A DNA stretch of 60,928 nt, the filler included. It is 4 parts of 4 records of this genome, joined end to end, with 100 filler letters (N's around TTAATTAATTAA, not from the genome) between each part and the next. Parts side by side here need not be neighbours in the genome. Positions count along the whole stretch, not along the records: positions 45,026 to 52,722 come from SRR20825006_98; positions 52,823 to 60,928 come from SRR20825006_106; 2 more parts are not named here. The stretch is one strand, 5' to 3'. Position 1 is the first letter of the stretch, and every line of letters begins with the position of its first letter. The notes below the pieces were generated by a model. That model was given only the letters and a program-made list of their open reading frames with translations. It had not been told where the DNA came from and searched no databases. Both the position numbers and the translations under genes were made by a program. Shown here one piece after another: positions 49,973 through 58,759 of the stretch.

Positions 49973-51037
49973 ATGCAAACCCCCACCACCGCATCGCAGC
50001 GCTGGCTGCGCCGCTTCTGCATTCTGGCCGTCATTCTGGCCGCTGGCGTGATCACCCTGGGCGCCTGGACCCGGCTATCCGATGCGGGCCTGGGCTGCCC
50101 GGACTGGCCTGGCTGCTACGGTCACCTGGACGTGCGCAAGGCCATTGAACATGTGGCCACCACCAACGAAACCACCCCCGGCGCCCTGCGCGAGGCGCAC
50201 AAGACCGTGCCGGAAATGGTGCACCGCTATTTCGCCTCAACCCTGGGCCTGGTGATTATCATCATCGCCGCGCTGTCCTTTGTTAACCGCAAGCGGGAAA
50301 AGCAGCCTCTGAAGCTGCCTTTATTCCTGGTAGCACTGGTTATCTTCCAGGGTATTCTCGGCATGTGGACGGTGACCATGGGGCTGCAGCCCACTATCGT
50401 GATGCTGCATTTACTCGGTGGTTTTACCACCTTCACCCTGCTGGTTCTTCTCACCGCCCGGGTGTTCCGTTGGCCCAGCTTCCTCAACGACTGTGATGTG
50501 CTGACCCTCAAACCGCTGGCATCGGTGACTCTGGCCGCCGTTATCCTGCAAATCGCCTTGGGCGGCTGGACCGCCAGCAACTATGCAGCCGTGGCCTGCA
50601 CCGATCTGCCGGTGTGCGAAGAAGGCTGGCAGGACCGGCTGAATTTCGAGGAAGCGTTTATTTTCTGGGGGCACGAGCATGACAAACCGGATTACGAGTA
50701 CGGCGTCCTCGACAACGACGCGCGCACGACCATTCACGTGATGCACCGCTTCGGCGCCCTGGTAGTCACCCTGCTGATGCTGCTGTTGGTGGGCAAGATT
50801 CTGCTGCGTGCCCGTAGTGTGTTCTTCCGCAATTTCGCACTGGTGATGCTTGGCATCCTCAGCCTGCAGATCGGTCTGGGCCTGAGTAATGTGATGTTCG
50901 CGGTGCCGCTGGATGTGGCCGTGGCCCATAACTTCGTGGCAGTGATACTGTTGGCCAGCCTGGTGCTGTTCATCCGCGCCATTAACGTGAAATGCGGCAA
51001 GCGCCAGCCCCCCAAACAGCAAGGAGCCCCGTCATGA
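49973..51037 (+). CDS. ctaA: Heme A synthase (COX15/CtaA)
   Basis: GA.TRL.DAGLGCPDWPGCYG, EMVHRY, HLLGG, H..HR, VAHN. Confidence 0.93.
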   Translation: MQTPTTASQRWLRRFCILAVILAAGVITLGAWTRLSDAGLGCPDWPGCYGHLDVRKAIEHVATTNETTPGALREAHKTVPEMVHRYFASTLGLVIIIIAALSFVNRKREKQPLKLPLFLVALVIFQGILGMWTVTMGLQPTIVMLHLLGGFTTFTLLVLLTARVFRWPSFLNDCDVLTLKPLASVTLAAVILQIALGGWTASNYAAVACTDLPVCEEGWQDRLNFEEAFIFWGHEHDKPDYEYGVLDNDARTTIHVMHRFGALVVTLLMLLLVGKILLRARSVFFRNFALVMLGILSLQIGLGLSNVMFAVPLDVAVAHNFVAVILLASLVLFIRAINVKCGKRQPPKQQGAPS

Positions 51038-51945
51038 GTGAGTCTGCCCACTGGCGCGACTATCTCGCCCTCACCAAGCCCGGCGTGGTCATGCTGCTCA
51101 TGGTCACCGCCGTGGCCGGCATGTTCTTGGCCACCGAGCCGGCGGGCATGGTGCCGCTGGGCACTTTCATACCGGCTTTTGTGGGGCTGTCCCTGGCCAT
51201 GATGGCGTCTGCCGCCATTAACCAGATTATGGATCAGAAAATCGATGCCATCATGAAGCGCACCGAAAAGCGCCCGCTGGTGGCCGGCAAGCTGACCCCG
51301 AAAGCGGCCATCACCTTTGCCGTGCTGCTGGCTGCAGCCTCCATGGTCATGCTGTACTTCCTGGTGAACCCGATCACCGCCTGGCTCACCCTGTTCGGCT
51401 TTGTCGGTTACGCCTTCATTTATACCCTGTACCTGAAACGCGCTACGCCACAGAACATCGTGATTGGTGGCATTGCTGGCGCCATCCCGCCACTGCTGGG
51501 CTGGACCGCCGTCACCGGCGAAGCCCACCCCTACGCCTGGCTACTGGTGCTGATCATCTTCGTCTGGACGCCGCCGCACTTCTGGGCGCTAGCCATTCAC
51601 CGTCGCGACGAGTACGCCAAGGCCGACATTCCCATGCTACCGGTGACCCACGGCATCCCGTTCACCCGCGAGTCGGTGCTGTACTACACCATCCTGCTGT
51701 TTATCTGCACCCTGTTGCCGTATCTCACCGGAATGAGCGACCTGATCTATTTGCTCAGCGCCCTGATTCTCGGCCTGGTGTTTCTTTACCACGCGGTGCG
51801 GCTGCGTTTTTCCGAAGATCCAAAGCTACCGATGAAAACCTTCGGTTACTCGATCACCTACCTGTTCGCCCTGTTTACCGCCCTGCTGGTGGATCACTAT
51901 CTGCCTGTGACGCCACTCAACGTGGCCACCTGGCTGGGGGCATAA
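51034..51945 (+). CDS. cyoE: Heme O synthase (protoheme IX farnesyltransferase)
   Basis: LTKP.V, D..ID..M.RT..RPL, LKR.TPQNIVIGG, WTPPHFWAL; AAGGAG RBS and ATGA overlap. Confidence 0.95.
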   Translation: MSESAHWRDYLALTKPGVVMLLMVTAVAGMFLATEPAGMVPLGTFIPAFVGLSLAMMASAAINQIMDQKIDAIMKRTEKRPLVAGKLTPKAAITFAVLLAAASMVMLYFLVNPITAWLTLFGFVGYAFIYTLYLKRATPQNIVIGGIAGAIPPLLGWTAVTGEAHPYAWLLVLIIFVWTPPHFWALAIHRRDEYAKADIPMLPVTHGIPFTRESVLYYTILLFICTLLPYLTGMSDLIYLLSALILGLVFLYHAVRLRFSEDPKLPMKTFGYSITYLFALFTALLVDHYLPVTPLNVATWLGA

Positions 51946-51954
51946 ACAGCACAG

Positions 51955-52037
51955 TTTCGAGATACGAGTTTCGAGTTGCGAAAGTCAAAAGGCGCCAGCG
52001 CATCTGGTTTTCGAAACTCGTTACTCGCACCTCGCGA
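51955..52037. repeat. Inverted pair of heptamer arrays (nnnCGAG x4 / CTCGnnn x4)
   Basis: TTTCGAG ATACGAG TTTCGAG TTGCGAA - 27 nt - TTCGAAA CTCGTTA CTCGCAC CTCGCGA. Confidence 0.7.
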
Positions 52038-52102
52038 CAAACCTTCACGATCTGAACCAGCGGTGCAATACTCTCCTTAACAGCCAAAAAAGGGAGAGAA
52101 AC

Positions 52103-52558
52103 ATGACAACCCGCAGCATGGATGACTGGCTCAACGCCTACGGCGAAAGCCACCAGAACCCCACCAACAAGAAAGTGCATTTTGTCTGTGTGCCGGTGAT
52201 TTTCTTTACCATCATCGGCTTTCTCTGGGCCATCCCGGCGCCCTTTTTTACCAGCTTCTGGGCCTGCCTGGCGCTGGTCTTCGTGACTCTCTACTACGCC
52301 CGCCTGTCCTTGCCCATCGCCGCCGGCATGCTGGTTTTCAGCCTGCTCTGCCTGGCCGGCCTCAGCCTGATCGCTTCCGCCGGCATCAGTGTCTGGCTGT
52401 TTTCGCTGGTGGTCTTCATCCTTGCCTGGATTGGCCAGTTCTGGGGACACAAGGTGGAGGGCCAGAAACCCTCCTTCTTCGAAGACATCCAGTACCTGAT
52501 GATCGGCCCGGCCTGGATCATGGGTTTTCTGTACCGCAAATGGGGAATTAAATACTGA
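52103..52558 (+). CDS. DUF962 / Mpo1-like membrane protein
   Basis: Y.ESHQNP.N..VH..CVP, WI.QF.GH..EG.KPSF..D..YL.IGP.W. Confidence 0.88.
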   Translation: MTTRSMDDWLNAYGESHQNPTNKKVHFVCVPVIFFTIIGFLWAIPAPFFTSFWACLALVFVTLYYARLSLPIAAGMLVFSLLCLAGLSLIASAGISVWLFSLVVFILAWIGQFWGHKVEGQKPSFFEDIQYLMIGPAWIMGFLYRKWGIKY

Positions 52559-52578
52559 GGCATTCTTGCAGAGTCGCT

Positions 52579-52722
52579 GTAGGAGCCCCTCTCGAGGTGC
52601 GAACCGAGCGACAGCGAGGATGAATTCCAGGCCTGTGCCGACAGTTTATTTGATAGCGCTTTGGAGCAGGCATTATTGCCATTCCTTCGCCCAGGCTCAG
52701 GTTCGCACCTCGAGAGGTGCTC
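52579..52722. repeat. GTAG-type REP doublet (inverted pair), truncated at the contig end
   Basis: GTAG-GAGCCCCTCTCGAGGTGCGAACC (52579-52605) and its inverse at 52700-52722, 22/23 match. Confidence 0.8.
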
Positions 52723-52822
52723 NNNNNNNNNNNNNNNNNNNNNNNNNNNNNNNNNNNNNNNNNNNNTTAATTAATTAANNNNNNNNNNNNNNNNNNNNNN
52801 NNNNNNNNNNNNNNNNNNNNNN
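52723..52822. other. Artificial contig-joining spacer
   Basis: N44-TTAATTAATTAA-N44. Confidence 0.99.
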
Positions 52823-52890
52823 TTTCTTACAGCGAAGCGGTCTTGTATTTTTTCTCGAACATTAATGATTTAATACCTTAATTTTATACC

Positions 52891-53664
52891 ATGGCACAGA
52901 TATTAAACATAGCAGCTCTACAAACAACGTTGATTTGGGAGAATCCTGAAGCAAATAGAGCATTACTTCAAGATAAAATTAAGCTTGTAAATGAGGAAAC
53001 CGATGTACTATTTCTTCCTGAAATGTTTACTTCTGGATTTACTATGAATGCAAGTTTGGTAGCAGAATCAATGAAGGGAGATTCTATAGAATGGCTGAAA
53101 AATCTTGCATCAGAGAAAAATATGGCAATTGGAGGGAGTCTAGTTATTGTAGAGAACGGCAATTTTTATAATCGTTTTGTATTTGTAACGCCTAATGGAA
53201 GTGTTGAGTATTATGATAAGCGACATACATTTACCTTGGCTGGAGAGCATGAAGTGTATGCTTCTGGAGAAAAAAAGCTAATTATAAATTATAAAGACTG
53301 GAAGATTTGTCCGCAAATATGTTACGATTTGCGTTTTCCTGTATGGGCAAGAAATGTAGAAGATTATGATGTGCTTGTATATGTAGCAAATTGGCCTAAA
53401 AAGAGAATAAAAGCTTGGGATGTTTTATTGCAAGCCCGCGCTATTGAGAACATGAGTTATTGCATGGGGGTAAACCGTATAGCATTGGATGGAAATGGCT
53501 ACGAATATACAGGGCACTCTGCAGTGTATAACCCCCTTGGGGAGGAGTTGATCCATACAAAAAGTGACGAAACTATCTATGCAACCCTGCATAAAAACGA
53601 AATTGATACGTACCGAAACGGACTTAAATTTTTAAATGATAGAGATCAGTTTACTGTAAAGTAA
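52891..53664 (+). CDS. Nitrilase-family amidohydrolase (omega-amidase YafV-like)
   Basis: LPEMFT.GF, YDKRH.F, ICYDLRFPVW (E-K-C triad), ARAIEN. Confidence 0.92.
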   Translation: MAQILNIAALQTTLIWENPEANRALLQDKIKLVNEETDVLFLPEMFTSGFTMNASLVAESMKGDSIEWLKNLASEKNMAIGGSLVIVENGNFYNRFVFVTPNGSVEYYDKRHTFTLAGEHEVYASGEKKLIINYKDWKICPQICYDLRFPVWARNVEDYDVLVYVANWPKKRIKAWDVLLQARAIENMSYCMGVNRIALDGNGYEYTGHSAVYNPLGEELIHTKSDETIYATLHKNEIDTYRNGLKFLNDRDQFTVK

Positions 53665-55258
53665 AAGTCTGCTCTATTTCCCAATTGGCTCTTAATTCAA
53701 CCGATTCTGGATAGTAACTAATTCGTTCTGGTTGAATTTTTTGTAAGTAGTTTCCTGTGTCCCATCTTCCATTCCCATTACTATCGTGAATTACACGAAT
53801 TAGATAGGTGGCTGGATCGATGTTTCTAAACTCATAAGAAGCTTTTTGTTCTTCAATAAACATTTCTTGTTTAACAACCCCGCTATTGTCTGTTAGTTGA
53901 AGAATAATAGGGTATTGGTCTACATTTTTTAAATTCACACGTAAACTTCCTAAATCTGCTAGGTCTTTTGTGGAAACTGAATAATTTAAAGTATCGTTTA
54001 CCTCTCCATAAAAATCTGTAATAGCACCTGGCAGCATAGTAACTCTGTATTTCTGACCTACATCTGAATCCCATTTTAGATTGAAAATATTATTTTTTTC
54101 ATCTAAAATAGAAGTAAAATCAACATTGGTAGAGTCTTTATCTAACACATTTATAAGCTCCTTATTGTAGGTTTCCATTGGGGTGGAGGTATGAATTTTT
54201 AAAGTATCGTTTATACTAAACCCTTTATTTAATTGCGCCACTACAAGGGTGTCTGCATACATTTCTTTTATACGTACGGTAAAAGTGTCAATTGTTTTGG
54301 TGTTTCGTACTTCAAAAACTAAAGAATCGGTTTCAAAAGGTGTGAAAAAGTAATTAAGAGTATCTTTTTCAAGATCTGGAAATGTACGGGATGAATAATC
54401 TTCGGGTTTATCGGATAAGAGTTTTATTTCCATCCCTTTTGGATTTCCTTCATATCCAAAGTAAATTTTATTTTTTGCAATTAAAGAAGGTCTTGCAGCT
54501 TTAAATTCTGGGACCTCTTTAAAAAGGTTGAGTCCGTAAATTGAATCGCTTGGAATTTTAATAAAATGGTCAATATATCCTATTTTATCTTTTTTTGGGT
54601 CAAATTTGTAGTTTCCAGCCTCGTCTTTTAATGCAATAAGTCTGTAGGTTCCTTCTTTTAGATTTGTAAGTCTATAATTTGTAGAACTGTCCAGTGTATT
54701 GGTAATATAATTTGGTGGTTTTTGGTAAATTACAGAGTCGGTATATGCAGAATCTACTTCATAAAGCATTACCGAAATAAAAGAATCTGGCTTTTTTAGT
54801 ACCGCATCAATAACAAACCCTTCAAGCTCTAGAGAATCAATATAGGAGCCTGTGGAAAACACATAGTTAAAGTATGAATATGGATTTGCTTCATTATTAT
54901 CCACCACACTTTGTCCAAAGTTAAAAACATAGGTGGTGTTTTCTGTTAGGGTATCTTGAATTTCAATTTCCAAGTATTTACTAGCGCCAGATTGCGGATA
55001 AATGTATGGAGTGTTTTTTAATGGAGGCGAGACAATAAGCTGCTTTTGTAAGTCTTTTAATTTGATATATTCATCAAAATTAATTCTGATTTTTTCAGCA
55101 GAAAAATTTGTAGTGTAGTTTTCTGGACTAGAAGAAGTTATTCTTGGAGGATCTAAATCCTTCGGACCACCTTCTGGGGTACCTCTTCTAGCGCAGTTTA
55201 TTAAACTGAATAATAGTGTAAAAAATAGAATATAACTTAAAAGATTCTTAGTTTTCAT
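53651..55258 (-). CDS. Lipoprotein with Ig-like (Big_5) domain
   Basis: Lipobox LIN-C followed by CA..G.P.GGPKD..PP, F.EYI.L, DNNE.N, D.N.NGRWDTG, QPE, RANWE. Confidence 0.8.
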   Translation of the reverse strand: MKTKNLLSYILFFTLLFSLINCARRGTPEGGPKDLDPPRITSSSPENYTTNFSAEKIRINFDEYIKLKDLQKQLIVSPPLKNTPYIYPQSGASKYLEIEIQDTLTENTTYVFNFGQSVVDNNEANPYSYFNYVFSTGSYIDSLELEGFVIDAVLKKPDSFISVMLYEVDSAYTDSVIYQKPPNYITNTLDSSTNYRLTNLKEGTYRLIALKDEAGNYKFDPKKDKIGYIDHFIKIPSDSIYGLNLFKEVPEFKAARPSLIAKNKIYFGYEGNPKGMEIKLLSDKPEDYSSRTFPDLEKDTLNYFFTPFETDSLVFEVRNTKTIDTFTVRIKEMYADTLVVAQLNKGFSINDTLKIHTSTPMETYNKELINVLDKDSTNVDFTSILDEKNNIFNLKWDSDVGQKYRVTMLPGAITDFYGEVNDTLNYSVSTKDLADLGSLRVNLKNVDQYPIILQLTDNSGVVKQEMFIEEQKASYEFRNIDPATYLIRVIHDSNGNGRWDTGNYLQKIQPERISYYPESVELRANWEIEQTFTLQ

Positions 55259-55308
55259 CAAGCCCAATTAAAGCTGCAAATTAACGATTATTTTTAGTAA
55301 CGTTGAAA

Positions 55309-56007
55309 TTAAGATGTAATTGCAATAGTGATAATACTAAATTTTATATTTAATTCTTTAGGGAAAGCACGTACGCAACTTTCTAATGTAGCTCCAGTAG
55401 TAATAACATCGTCTACAATTAAAATATGTTTATTATTTAAAGGAATGTTTTTGTTATATAAAAACTGATTCCCAATGCTCAATGCTCGTTGATTTCTATT
55501 TTTTGAAGTATGCGTTTTTGAGTATTTAACATTACTAACAATTTCTTCTGAATAAATAGCATCTATACAATTGGCAATTTCAATTCCAAAGTTGCTCACT
55601 TGATTATATCCACGCTCTTTTAATTTTTTTTTATGAAGCGGAACAGGAATTACATAATCAATATTTTTAAATCTATTGGAAACCAATATTTCATGTCCTA
55701 CCCATTTCCCGAACATCGTTCCGATTTCTTGATGTCCTTTATATTTTAGATGATGAATAAGTTGTTTACTGATACCTTTTTTGTAATATCGTATAAATGA
55801 GGCGGCATTTTCAATTTTTATACGACCATATAAAAATTTTTCGGTAAGATTATCGTTCTCATTAATAAATTGAGTAAGTGGTAATTGGTGTCGGCATGAA
55901 ACGCAAAGCACAGCGTCGTTGAAGCCTATAATTTCGGAACACCCTAAACAAGTGTTGGGAAAAAATAAATTTTGAAGATCATTTAGTATCTTTACGCCCT
56001 TAATCAA
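55309..56007 (-). CDS. comF: ComF family phosphoribosyltransferase-like protein
   Basis: N-terminal CxxC...CxxC, LKYKG, PVPLH....ERGYNQ, IVDDVITTGAT. Confidence 0.9.
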   Translation of the reverse strand: MIKGVKILNDLQNLFFPNTCLGCSEIIGFNDAVLCVSCRHQLPLTQFINENDNLTEKFLYGRIKIENAASFIRYYKKGISKQLIHHLKYKGHQEIGTMFGKWVGHEILVSNRFKNIDYVIPVPLHKKKLKERGYNQVSNFGIEIANCIDAIYSEEIVSNVKYSKTHTSKNRNQRALSIGNQFLYNKNIPLNNKHILIVDDVITTGATLESCVRAFPKELNIKFSIITIAITS

Positions 56008-56047
56008 TTATGATAGTTGTAGTTATATTCAAATCTAACTAATTTAA

Positions 56048-56968
56048 ATGAGTGCTCAAAAAAAGCAGTTTGGACAAAAAATAATATTAGGAGTTTTACT
56101 ATTGTGTATTGCAGCACTTACAGGGTTTTCTTATTTCAATTATGTTGAAAGTGAGGAGAAAGTTTCCTTTTTAGAGAATGCAAAAGGAATGATAGTGGAA
56201 GATTTAGAGAGTATTGAAAATGATTTGAATACCTTGGCTAAAGAAAATGAGAGTCATATTAAAGAGATTGATTATAGCAGGAGGCGGATAGCCATGCTAA
56301 AAGACTCCATTAAGTTATTGGAAGTAGATTATCAAATTTTGGGACGCTACAGAAGAGAATTAGCAGAAATAAGAAAAGAAAATAAATACCTTCATCAAGT
56401 TGCAGACTCTATAAAGCAACAAAATTTCTTGCTTTCAAAAGAAATAGACAGTACCAAATTACGATATATAGAACTGGAGCGTTATTCTAATGCACTTAAA
56501 AGTGCTAACGAGAATTTAACACAATTTACCGATTCTTTAATCAATGAAAACATTGAGCTTTCCAAACAAATAGATAAAGATCCAGCTTTAAAGGTTTCGG
56601 CTTTAGTGGGAATTGCCTATAAAGCAAGAAGCAATGGAAAAGTAATTGAGACAAACAGAGCGAATAGGGCAGAACGACTTCGGGCATGTTTTAATATAGC
56701 ACCAGGAACCCTTTTACAACCTGGCGAAAGAATTTTTTATGTACAGTTTATAGATCCTAAAAATCAGATTCTAGGAAGTAGAGCAGCAGTTACATATAAA
56801 AATAAGAAACTTATATACAGTAAAAAGATTGTTGTAGACTATGAAAATAAGCCTATGGGAATCTGTGATTATATCATTGTTAAAGACCTCGAAATGGAAG
56901 GCGATTACCGAGTGAATGTGTTTTACAAAGAAAATTTACTGGCTTCTACAGTTTTTAAGCTGAAATAA
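56048..56968 (+). CDS. Membrane-anchored coiled-coil hypothetical protein
   Basis: N-terminal TM, about 140-aa heptad region, C-terminal beta domain (RA.R...CF, G.Y.VNVF). Confidence 0.75.
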   Translation: MSAQKKQFGQKIILGVLLLCIAALTGFSYFNYVESEEKVSFLENAKGMIVEDLESIENDLNTLAKENESHIKEIDYSRRRIAMLKDSIKLLEVDYQILGRYRRELAEIRKENKYLHQVADSIKQQNFLLSKEIDSTKLRYIELERYSNALKSANENLTQFTDSLINENIELSKQIDKDPALKVSALVGIAYKARSNGKVIETNRANRAERLRACFNIAPGTLLQPGERIFYVQFIDPKNQILGSRAAVTYKNKKLIYSKKIVVDYENKPMGICDYIIVKDLEMEGDYRVNVFYKENLLASTVFKLK

Positions 56969-57003
56969 AATTCTAATTCTCCTAAAAAGTATATTTTTGC
57001 GTC

Positions 57004-58548
57004 ATGGCAAATCAAGACGATCAATTTAAGAAAGTAATATCTCATGCTAAGGAGTATGGGTATATTTTTCCTTCAAGTGAAATATATGACGGATTAAGTG
57101 CAGTATACGATTATGCACAAAATGGGGTAGAACTCAAGAAAAATATTCGAGAGTACTGGTGGAAAGCAATGGTGCAAATGCATGATAATATTGTAGGAAT
57201 AGATGCTTCTATTTTAATGCATCCTACAACATGGAAGGCGTCTGGACACGTAGATGCTTTTAACGACCCGTTAATAGATAATAAAGATTCCAAAAAAAGA
57301 TACCGCGCCGATGTTTTGGTGGAAGATTATGTAGCCAAAATAGAAGCTAAAGTTGAAAAGGAAATTGCAAAGGCTGAAAAACGCTTTGGAGATTCTTTTG
57401 ATAAGGAACAATTTGTGGCTACCAATCCGCGGGTAGTAAAATATAATGAAGAGGCACAAGCAATTTTAAAACGCCTTGGACAATCTTTAGAAAAAGAAGA
57501 TTTAGTAGATGTAAAAGCACTTATTGAAGAGCTTGGAATTGCAGACCCAGAAACTGGAAGTAAGAATTGGACAGAAGTAAAACAATTTAACTTGATGTTT
57601 GGGACTAAACTTGGGGCTTCTGCTGAGTCGGCTATGGATTTATACTTACGACCAGAAACGGCACAAGGAATTTTTGTAAACTTCTTAAACGTTCAAAAAA
57701 CTGGACGAATGAAGATTCCTTTTGGGATTGCGCAAACAGGAAAGGCTTTCCGTAACGAAATAGTGGCGCGTCAGTTTATTTTCCGTATGCGTGAGTTTGA
57801 ACAAATGGAGATGCAATTTTTTATCAAGCCAGGAACACAAAAAGAATGGTATGATTACTGGAAAGAAACCCGTTTGAAATGGCATATGTCTTTAGGAATG
57901 GGAGAAGAGAACTACCGTTTCCACGACCATGAGAAATTAGCGCATTATGCAGATGCAGCTTCAGATATTGAGTTTAGATTTCCATTTGGATTTAAAGAAT
58001 TGGAAGGAATTCATTCTCGTACAGATTTCGATTTGGCGCAGCATGAAAAATTCAGCAATAAAAAATTACAATACTTCGATCCAGAAGAAAATAAAAGTTA
58101 TGTACCCTATGTATTAGAAACTTCTATTGGTTTAGATAGAATGTTTTTAGCAGTATTCTCAAACTCTTTGGTAGAAGAAGAATTGGAGAATGGATCTACA
58201 AGAACAGTTTTAAAATTACCATCGGTATTGGCGCCTACAAAAGTGGCAATATTACCATTGGTTAAAAAGGATGGATTGCCAGAAGTTGCAAAAGAAATAT
58301 TTGAAGATCTTAAATGGGATTTCAATGTAACTTATGATGAGAAGGATGCTGTAGGAAGACGCTACCGTCGTCAAGATGCTGCGGGAACTCCATTTTGTGT
58401 TACTGTAGATCATGATACTTTGGAAAACAACACGGTTACTATTAGACACCGAGATACCATGGAGCAAAAACGTGTTAAAATAGAAGAGCTTCGAGGTATT
58501 GTAGCTCAGGAAGTAGACATAAGAAATTGGTTATTGAAGACTAAATAA
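57004..58548 (+). CDS. glyQS: Glycine--tRNA ligase (homodimeric type)
   Basis: W.ASGHVD.F.DP, LRPETAQGIF, GKAFRNEI, FRMREFEQME, VGRRYRRQDA.GTPFC. Confidence 0.97.
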   Translation: MANQDDQFKKVISHAKEYGYIFPSSEIYDGLSAVYDYAQNGVELKKNIREYWWKAMVQMHDNIVGIDASILMHPTTWKASGHVDAFNDPLIDNKDSKKRYRADVLVEDYVAKIEAKVEKEIAKAEKRFGDSFDKEQFVATNPRVVKYNEEAQAILKRLGQSLEKEDLVDVKALIEELGIADPETGSKNWTEVKQFNLMFGTKLGASAESAMDLYLRPETAQGIFVNFLNVQKTGRMKIPFGIAQTGKAFRNEIVARQFIFRMREFEQMEMQFFIKPGTQKEWYDYWKETRLKWHMSLGMGEENYRFHDHEKLAHYADAASDIEFRFPFGFKELEGIHSRTDFDLAQHEKFSNKKLQYFDPEENKSYVPYVLETSIGLDRMFLAVFSNSLVEEELENGSTRTVLKLPSVLAPTKVAILPLVKKDGLPEVAKEIFEDLKWDFNVTYDEKDAVGRRYRRQDAAGTPFCVTVDHDTLENNTVTIRHRDTMEQKRVKIEELRGIVAQEVDIRNWLLKTK

Positions 58549-58587
58549 ATTCTAAATAGACTATTTATTTTATAACATTTAACTCCA

Positions 58588-58658
58588 AATGTCAGGAGCT
58601 TGTCGAAGACAGTTCGCACCTAGGAACATATAAGCTTCGACAAGCTCAGTTTGACATT
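58588..58658. repeat. Bacteroidota REP-like inverted repeat between convergent genes
   Basis: GAGCTTGTCGAAG (58596-58608) / CTTCGACAAGCTC (58635-58647), perfect 13 bp, with outer AATGTCA / TGACATT. Confidence 0.8.
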
Positions 58659-58759
58659 CTCAATTAAAGTAGTAGTGAGTGTGTAGAGCTGTTCTTGAGA
58701 ATGATTTTCACCTCCTTTGGTTTTGCCACAGAAATCAGTTTGATAGCTACAAATTGTTT

